A stretch of 61,199 bases of DNA, the filler included, from Sluysia triapertura (Eukaryota): the NCBI GenBank assembly GCA_046118255.1. It is 5 parts of 5 records of this genome, joined end to end, with 100 filler letters (N's around TTAATTAATTAA, not from the genome) between each part and the next. Parts side by side here need not be neighbours in the genome. Positions count along the whole stretch, not along the records: positions 49,149 to 61,199 come from JBJNIA010144054.1; 4 more parts are not named here. One strand, written 5' to 3'. Position 1 is the stretch's first letter, and every line of letters starts with the position of its first letter. Shown here piece by piece: positions 52,380 through 61,199 of this stretch. The position numbers and the translations under genes were made by a program. Under the pieces are notes generated by a model. That model worked only from the letters and a program-made list of their open reading frames with translations, did not search any database and was not told where the DNA came from.

Positions 52380-55140
52380 TGGTGATACTTCTTGAATTGC
52401 CTAAGTTTAATGGCGCCTAGGAAGATCTTTGTGACTTTTTATTCGAATTTATAGCCGAAACAAACGGCTGGACACAAATAGAAAAGAATAAGAGAATACA
52501 ATACTATTTAACCGGAGTAGCAATACCGGAAAAAACTATACAACAAGGAAAAAAGGTAGTTGATATAAAAAATGTAAAATTAAACACCCATTTTAACAAC
52601 AAAATTGATTGAAGAGAAGACAAGAATAAACTCTAAAATAAAACTAAGAATAATATAAAATTACAAGGTGAAATACAAGACCAGAATTATGGTGAGGTCG
52701 AAATCACTAATAAAAATCTAACAAAGAAACAAATCGATAAGCTATACGATGTTATTTATCGATATCCGAGAGCAATAGAAAAAATAAATGACATCGGAGT
52801 CTCAGTAATAATTAAACATGAAATACCCTTAATAATAGACAAAGTAATTCGAAAAGTAATCAAAAGGAAATCCAAGACCAAATAGATACTATGAAAAGGC
52901 TGAAGTGATAAAGCCAAGTTTCTATCCTATTTTAATAGTCAAAACTAAGAATGGCACGATGAGATTCTGTATAGAGTTTAGGGAACTAAATAAAATAACA
53001 AGAAAAGATGTATTCCCATTGCCACGAATAGATGAAATGTTAGATAAATTAGGTAATGCTACATATTTTACAACTCTCGATCTAAAAATGGATATTGGCA
53101 GATAGAGATTGCCGAGAAAGACAAACACAAAACGACGAGTTATATGAATGCGAGAACATGCCTGTAACTTTCCAGCGGTGCATGAATTTCGTATATATGG
53201 TATATATCGACGACATAAAGATTTTGACACATATGTAAAGGATATTGACAATATTTTAAATAGACTAGAAACAACTAGAATAAAAATTAAACCTACCAAG
53301 TGTGTCTGGGCTGAGGAGAAAGTTGAATTTTTAGGACATATAGTGTCGAAAAATGGAATAAAACCCAATCCGAGAAATATTGAAAAAGTGGTTAAATTCC
53401 CACAGCCAGACAACGTAAAAAAGATACAAAGTATTGGGTTTAGCTAATTATTATAGAAGATTTGTTAAGAATTTCGCTAAAATAGCACAACCACTAAGAA
53501 AACTGACAAAGAAAGATGTTAAATTTAGATGGGCGAAGGAACAAGCAAAAGCATTCAAAAAATTAAAAGAACGGCTAAATACAACACCAATATTAATTTT
53601 TCCGGACGCTAACAAACCATTCATACTCACTACGAATGCTAGCAGTTATGCGATCGGAGGAATTTTGGGACAAAAAGATAAGAATAACCTAGATTCGGTA
53701 ATTGCATACGCTAGTCGACGTTTAAATAAAGCCGAAATGAATGGGAGTGTTTAGCAATAGTGTATGCACGTAAATTGTTTAGACATTATCTATTAGGACA
53801 AAAGTCTACTTATACACAGACCACAAACCATAGGGATGAAGTTAGTAGATTAACTAGGTGGTTTAATAAACTTTCAGTGTTTGACTTAGAAGTTATTTAT
53901 GAATCAGGTTCGCAAAATAATGGTGCTGACTGTATGTCACGATTAACAAATGTAAACGATAAAGGAAATATTAACTTTATACAAATTATGTCAATATCGG
54001 TAAGGTAAAAGATACTAAATAAATTATCAAACACCAAAGGGAAGATAGGGAAATTTCATTCATTACTGATTCATTGGCGAAAGGGACATTAATCAAAAAT
54101 CAGGCAAAGAAATTAGCTATTGTAGACGGAATTCTTCGATTTAGAAATTCAAAAGAAGATTGGAAAACAATAGTTCCAAAATCACGAATAACACCAATTT
54201 TAATACAATTTCATGATGGTCAGTTAGGCGAACACTTGTTCATGAAAGAGAAATATTACTGGGATAAGAATTGTTCAATTTGCTGTAGACAAGAGTATCA
54301 TTAAAATCTATGCCTGTACCATTGTCACCAATGGAATTTACAGCGATGGACATAATGTGAGCGTTACCAGAAACAATACATGGAAATAAATATATTATTA
54401 TATTTGCAGACTATCTAACTAAATGGCCTGAAGCTTATCCAATGCCAAATCAAAAAGCCGAAACAGTTGCACAAATACTTGTAGAGAAAATAATTTATAG
54501 AAATGGTACACCACGAAAATTATTGACAGACTAAAGTACGAATTTTACTAGTGAAGTAGTTAAATCAGTGGCGAAAATATTTGATATCCTTAGAATTTAC
54601 ACATCGCCGTATCATCCACAAACTGATGGACTAGTCGAGCGATTTAATCGAACCTTGATAAACATGCTCCAATCCTATGTAAACGACAGACAATCAGACT
54701 GGGATTTGTATATCGCACCAAGTCTATTTGCTTATAGAAGTTCGGTGCATCCAGCTACGAATTTTACTCCATTTTATTTAATGCATGGTTGTCATTCGAA
54801 TATCCCAGTGGATTTAGACTGGATACCACCTACATCACAATATATGGACTCACCCGAATATGTAACAGTAATGCATGAAAGATTACAAGATGATTGGAAA
54901 CGTGCTGGTTTACAAATAAAGTTTTCACAGGAATCGTATAAAGAACACAATTTTCAGATCGATGATAAAGTTCTCATCGAATATCCATTAGGTAAACTGG
55001 GTCAATAACCAAAATTACACAAACAATTTAAAGGACCATACGAAGTAATGAAAACTTCCGATACTAATTTATTCGTTAAAGATATTACCAAACTAGTTTC
55101 AGAAATATTTGTAGTACACGCTAATAGATGCAAAATAGCA
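52380..55140 (+). mobile_element. Decayed Ty3/Gypsy gag-pol (gag remnant, RT, RNase H, integrase)
   Basis: LPKFNG and ETNGW (gag); RFCIEFRELNKIT.KDVFPLPRID, VYIDD and FLGH (RT); GLANYYRRFV and TNASSYAIGGIL (RNase H); DYLTKWPEAYP, SPYHPQTDGLVERFNRTL and FKGPY (integrase). Order RT-RH-IN with many frameshifts. Confidence 0.95.
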
Positions 55141-56149
55141 CCAAGTGACGAGTATAAATTAAGAAACCGAACAGTTAAAAAGTCAATATTAAAAGTTAAA
55201 CCAAAAATGAAGGATCGTGGCAAACCATCTTCGGCTCAGTCATTAGTTATTAAGCAAGTGGTAATGATGTTAAATGTTTCAACTGGAATACAACACACAT
55301 TTTTCAAAATGTGCGCTTCAATGGTAAATGGATTCGGGCAGTTATCGATACAGGAACCACTACATGGGAAATTGTATTTAGGATCCACCACAAAAAACAA
55401 TTTATAATGTGAAACGAGCGCCAATACATATGAACGGTATAATACATGGATATTTAGATATATTGGATAAACATGTAAATGCATACATATATGTTTGGGG
55501 AGATTCTTCTTTTGATTTAATAATTGGTTTAGATATAATTGATAAATTAGACGATATAGTCATATATAGTAAGTATAGTTTTATAATCCCACAAGTTTTT
55601 GTTCCGCTTATCGGCGATGAAATTACTTTGTATGAAACTCTGATTCACACGTATCGACACCTAGTCCAGTATTATCATCTGGTAGAATCATCTACTGACT
55701 CATCGATGTCATCTGCAACAAGCGAATCATCAGGAAGTGGTTTATTGACACTTCATTGCTCACTTTCATTAATATAAATAAGTATCGTACTAGAAAATCA
55801 CGGTGGACACCATTACTAATAGTAATAGTTTTGCTCCTATCTTTAATTAATTTCATCAGGTCTATAGATACTGAAGAAGATGAGGAATATAGAAATTTAT
55901 ACGCCGCAATTAATAATGGAAAATGTTGAACCCCCAATAAAAGTCGATACAAAGTCGAATGAAGTACAACAATATATTGAAGCTGATGCATATACTAATT
56001 AGGAGAACAGAAAATAATAAAATTAACACTAATGATAATAATGGTTAGACTCAGATGATGTGAAACACCGAACATTTATTGATAAAAATAGATTCAAACT
56101 TTGTTTGGGAAGAGAAGCAATAGGAAGCATTCGATAGACTGAAGCAAAA

Positions 56150-57600
56150 ATTAATATCTTGAACTATTTTGAGATTTCCAGTTATGAATTTGCGTTTTAT
56201 CATTATTACAGGTGCTATGTGATAATTTCAGTATTAGGACAAAAAGAAAATGAGAATGAAAAGGATTATGTTATTGCAAATGTTAATAGAATGCTTAAAC
56301 CGAATGAAATTAATTATTTAGTTATTGAAAAGAAGTTTTTGCGATCGTTGTTGAGATTAAAAAACATCATCATTATATATGATCAAGAAAAATATATTTA
56401 TTCGCAAATTAGGGTCCATTGTTGTGACTTATGACGCATAAGGATGCATCATGTCGATTAATAAGATGGTTTTCTTTGTTACAAGAATGTGATATTGAAA
56501 TATAATGCAGATATGGGAAGTCAAATGCAAATGCCGTTTTTTTTCTAGAGTCTTTGGATACTTTTATAAAAATTTTGATAAAAATTCATCAGTAATGGAA
56601 TAACAAAAATGAAAAAACGAATATTATTAGACATGATAATAAATTATTCAAAAAATCAAAGGAAAATCTATATTACCTCATGCAAAATGATATTTTAAAA
56701 TATTATATAAAAGGAAAATTATTAAACGTTATACCAGAAGTTCTTTAGGATAACATTTTATAAGAATTTTAGAACTATTAGAGGAACATTTATCAGTTAA
56801 AAGACTTTATCTACCATAATAAAAAGATATTATTGGAATTATGTCAAACAAGATGTTAAAAATTTGTATAATAACTGTGAAACTTGTTTATTGAGAAAAC
56901 TGCAATGGGTGTTGTTGGGTCGTTACCCGAAGCTACAAAGGAAAAGAATATATTTTAGTGTTTTCTGACTACTTTACAAAATAGCCCGAAGCAAAAGCTA
57001 TACCCGATCAAAGAGCACCGACAATAGCAAAAAGTTTTATAGAATAAATTATTTTTAGATACGGTTCGTCCAATATATGGTTCGATCAAGGCACTAATTT
57101 TACCAGCTGAATAATGGTAGAATTATGTAATTTTCCCGCATTAATAAGACAACATCGGCATACCATCCAGAGAGCAATGGTTTAGTCGAAAGATTTATTC
57201 GTACATTAATATAAATGCTATCTGCATACACTAATGATTAAGATGCATACCAAGAACGATTGGGATGAATTTACAATACCTTGTTTATTTGCATAATACA
57301 ATGTAGTAAATGAAACTACTAAAGTATCACCATTTCATTTAATGTATCTTAACTAGATTACTTGTGGACTTATTCTTCATATCTGATTCATCAAAATATT
57401 TAGAGGAAGAATGAAAGAAGTGTGGACAAGAGCTAAACTAAAGGTAACGTTCTATCAGGAGTTTCATATACAATATTATGATTGTAAAGTTATACCAATA
57501 GAATTTTAAAATGGTGATTTAATATTATTACATACCATGTTACATAAAAAGTGTTTAAGCAATAAATTCAACAAATCTGAGAAGAATCTGAAAATAAAGT
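56150..57600 (+). mobile_element. Second, more decayed Ty3/Gypsy pol (RNase H-integrase)
   Basis: VLGQ...VIA..RMLKPNEINY..IEK, RYYWNYVKQDVK, DYFTK*PEAKAIPDQ, DQGTNFTS and AYHPESNGLVERFIRTL. Confidence 0.85.
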
Positions 57601-57719
57601 TATATAAAAAGAAAAAATGTGAATCTATATTTTTCCATAAAAATAAATGTAAACAATTTCATAGAAATAACTTTAAGTAACAATTCTTCTAATAATTCTG
57701 AAGAGAAACACCAAAATGA

Positions 57720-58448
57720 GGTAAGTAACAATATTTCAACTAATATATCTAAATTAATAACATTTTTAATAATGTACATATTCATCATGGTTACATAGGC
57801 CAAATACGGTACTCATGTTGAAGATTGGATGTTTGATTTTAAAATATCGCATATAAAAATAAGACTAAAATTTATCGTTAATATTAATTATCATTTTAAT
57901 ATAACATGCCAAAAGACATTTAAAATTCATCATGCAAGATACAATGAAAATGAAAATATATTTTCAAGCTTAAATTTAAAACCCGACACCAATTATACAA
58001 TCTTTATAAAAATAGGAAATAAACCATTAAAACTTAACCAAGAGATGTATCCTGTCTTGCAAGTCCCTACATAAAAATTTAATGATTTTAACGAAAAAAG
58101 TTTATTATTTTGTGAAATTATGTTTGTTTATCAAAAAATGAACCAAATAATTAACACTGAAATATTTTCATTAATAAAGGATTATTTTTATGATGACAGA
58201 AAATATTTAATATGTAAAATAATTCACAATGTAGTAAAACTTTCTATTTTATGTTACAATATAAAAATTATCTATCGTCAAAATATTATAGTAAATGGTC
58301 AAATAAAGTTTATTATACATCAAAACTTTTAACAAATTCAATAATAAACTACCTAAAAGTGAATATGACAATTTATCACAGATACGATCTTACAATCATA
58401 ATTATTTGGTTATACGTGATAGCATTAATTATGGCAATAGGAGCATAG
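57720..58448 (+). pseudogene. Decayed predicted type-I membrane protein in the env position after integrase
   Basis: Hydrophobic N-terminus (LITFLIMYIFIMVT) is in frame with ORFs 57829-58074 and 58120-58332. Contains FN3-like LKPDTNYTIFI and a C-terminal hydrophobic LTIIIIWLYVIALIMAIG. Confidence 0.35.
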
Positions 58449-59700
58449 ATAATGTTAGAGTTTATTTTGTTTTATAATTATAGTATGAAAAATAAATTCG
58501 AAAAAGGTACTTCGATACAGTTTATAGATTTTCAAAGGCACCTGCATAAGTTTCTACGTTCAGTTGTGCTGATCAAAAGTTAATATGGTTAGATGAATTT
58601 GTGAAATAATTCTAATTGTGCGATAGAATCTTTGTTTAATTTTACATTACTAATTAAAAATATTAATATTTATTTTTTGTTTATATTTAACTTATACAAA
58701 CTATAAAAAAATTATTACATTACGTGTGATTTATTTTACGATAACGGGGTTGAACTATGCGATCACTTGATATCATTTTTGCAACTGTTTAAAATATTGT
58801 TTGAGAATGGTTATGGAAAATAATTTTTGAATGTTTTACGACTAATAAACCTTATCTTTGTTGTATTTTATTAATAAACTATTTTATTTTAATATTTATA
58901 TGAAATATTCGTTTAATTTTAACCGAATGAACATAATAGCATGTCTACGGTTATGTGTTTATTTTTTGTGTATAATTTTTTATTTTTATTTATTCTAAAG
59001 CAAATTTTGAATTAATTTTTCTCCTATTATATTACAATGTAAAACGATAATCTTACTTCTGGACAAACGAATACATTTGATACAATTAAGCAAAGATTAA
59101 ATTATAGAATATAAAAATACCTGGTATAGCTAGTTGAACAACATTGGTAGATAATTCGCACTTTGCACCTGTTAGAAAACAATGGCTTCTAATTAATCAG
59201 CTGCTTATGAAATAATGCTCCAATTAGATGTGGATTAGGTTTTAGTTACATTTGGTGATATAATTGGTTACAGTGGTTACGCATGGAACGCATTGTGAAA
59301 GTGAACTATGCTCTTGTAAAAGTTGTACATAAATATATATCTATGATTATTTTTTACGTATATTTATTTATATTTTATTATTTATTTTGTATTTATATTT
59401 TATATGTTTTATTTTATTGCAAAATTATTTAGATAAATTGTGTATAAATCATTATTATTTATTAAAAAATTAGAAAATTGTTATAATGTATTTAAAAAAA
59501 TTAAAAGATATCTACCAATTAACAAAATGGTATAAATAGAGAATGAAATTTTCATTCTCTCACAATTATTTAGACACCAAATTATACATATAACGCAACA
59601 ATACAGAGATAAAGCTCGATAAATTGGTGTTTGTAAACCAATTCAGGCCAGACGCAGTTTATGAACTAAATTCGATTAAGCAGACAAAATTGGTATAGAT

Positions 59701-60344
59701 CATGGATGGCAAACCAATGGCACGCGTGCCACAAGTGGTACGTTTGAAAGTTTTGATGACACGCACAAAAACAAAATTATTTTTTTATAAGTTATCTTTT
59801 TGATAGAAATGAATTAAAAATTATTCATCTACACTTAATTTATAATTTATGATATAAATTTGTAGTACTATTTTAGTATGTTAACTAGAACCTTCAAATT
59901 ACATATTTTATTATAAAAATATCGCACAAATTCTCTCGAAGTATATAAAGATGCGCATTAGATAAAAATTTTTGCGTATCCAGTTTCGCCTTCTTATGTT
60001 AGTGCATGTTGTTGAGTCGCAGCGCTCGAATCAGACGACAGACTGCGTCAGTCATTTTTAGTAAACCGGCGTCTTTGACGGATTAGTCGAGCTCTGCATG
60101 CGTACTGTTGAAATTAACTAATTATAAACAATTGTTTTTAATGTGAATTTTGTTTCTAGGATATTGCTTTTTGTAAAACATTGATTCATAAAAAATTGTT
60201 TAAAGAAAAATTGCTTTTATTTGTTTATTTCAGTATACTTACGTTTAGTTTCACCACGCTAACATTTCGAATGAAATTTTATTGTGGCACGTTACCTATT
60301 TAAAAAAGAATTTTTTTGACATCAAAAAAGGTTCGTCATCTCTG
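59701..60344. mobile_element. Non-autonomous hAT (Charlie/Buster-type) element, 644 bp
   Basis: TIRs CATGGATGGCAAACC ... GGTTCGTCATCTCTG, subterminal GGCACGCGTGCC, and a perfect 8-bp TSD GTATAGAT (59693-59700 / 60345-60352) with central TA. Confidence 0.9.
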
Positions 60345-61199
60345 GTATAGATAATCAATTTATTTTGCAAATTCCGACAGTGAAATTAAAAAATTCATTC
60401 GAGTAATTTATTAACAATTAATATTAAATAGTAAGTCTGTTTAATAAGTTTAAACTCGTCAGTAAGAGGAATAACAAAATATCACTAAAATTTTATCGAA
60501 CTTTAAACTGGCCCTAAATCAGTTATAAACTTCGGGCCAGTTATAAACTCATTTTTAACTGGCCTTTGTATTAAACATTTGTATTAACATTTTGATAAAT
60601 TAACCTTCTTAGTATTTATTTGTGAGATTTAATAAAGTACTGGAAAAATAAAATAGTCTTACTAGACCCTCAAACTAAATATTGCATAAATGTATTTTAC
60701 ATTTCTTTAGTTATTCATCATTCTTGTAGGTACGCCTCCATAAGCCGTATACTACAAGCGGATCCATTAGAAGAAGAAAATTTTATTTTGCTGTTAGGTT
60801 TTTTTAAAGAAAAATCACAGCAGTCTGTTGTCTCATTTACAAAATGTCGTACTATGCCTTGGGTGATGTGCAACTAGATTTTCGAACATCGCCTGGTTTC
60901 GATTTTACTTGAACCATTTAACTTTGGAACAAATTGATGAATCACATATTACAGAACATTGATTAGTTCGCATATGCAAAGTCAATAAACCTGTAAAAGA
61001 ATTCCAAATTATAGAACTCGTAAAATTGTATCGAACAAATTAGATGTGATTAAAACAAGTGTGAATGTAATCTAAGGTAAATTATCATTAAAAGTTTAAC
61101 AAATTGAAAACAATAATATTTTCAATTGAAAATTAGGAATGTGTAATACAGCAATGAAATTAGTGCGTTTAATTAGTATTGTTAAATTAGTATTGTTTA

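Noticed and set aside
52922-53413. 163-aa minus-strand ORF (also 1034-1318, 55002-55223, 55236-55484)
   Set aside because: Antisense shadows of plus-strand coding relics with no independent motifs.

Overview
Very AT-rich eukaryotic draft-assembly DNA. It is most likely a planarian-type flatworm, inferred from a 5-HT7-like GPCR, (AAT)n microsatellites and the repeat content. The window holds five pieces of about 11-13 kb joined by artificial 100-bp N44-TTAATTAATTAA-N44 linkers, so adjacency across linkers is unreliable. Plausible live host genes are a 5-HT7-like serotonin receptor (TM1-TM6 exon, 32130-33242, minus) and the 5' coding end of a WDFY1/2 homologue. The rest is mostly mobile DNA: two decayed Ty3/Gypsy pol regions, Tc1/mariner and maT remnants, a hAT MITE with a perfect 8-bp TSD, and piggyBac-type and TA-flanked MITEs. 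Four observations stand out. (1) An approximately 0.8-kb TG...CA LTR family has six copies carrying heat-shock-element arrays plus CCAAT/TATA/YY1-like motifs. (2) Three decayed chuvirus-type class III glycoprotein fragments are present, one inside the PBS-bearing copy of that LTR element, suggesting a heat-inducible, envelope-carrying retrotransposon. (3) Three dispersed intronless ORF relics share an atypical C-x9-C-x6-C-x3-H zinc finger. (4) Intronless decayed ERK5-like and Pumilio copies lie among G-poor TGTRGTGGCCAAC-terminated repeats, hinting at cargo-carrying large retroelements. All protein family calls are by-eye motif recognition, not database searches.
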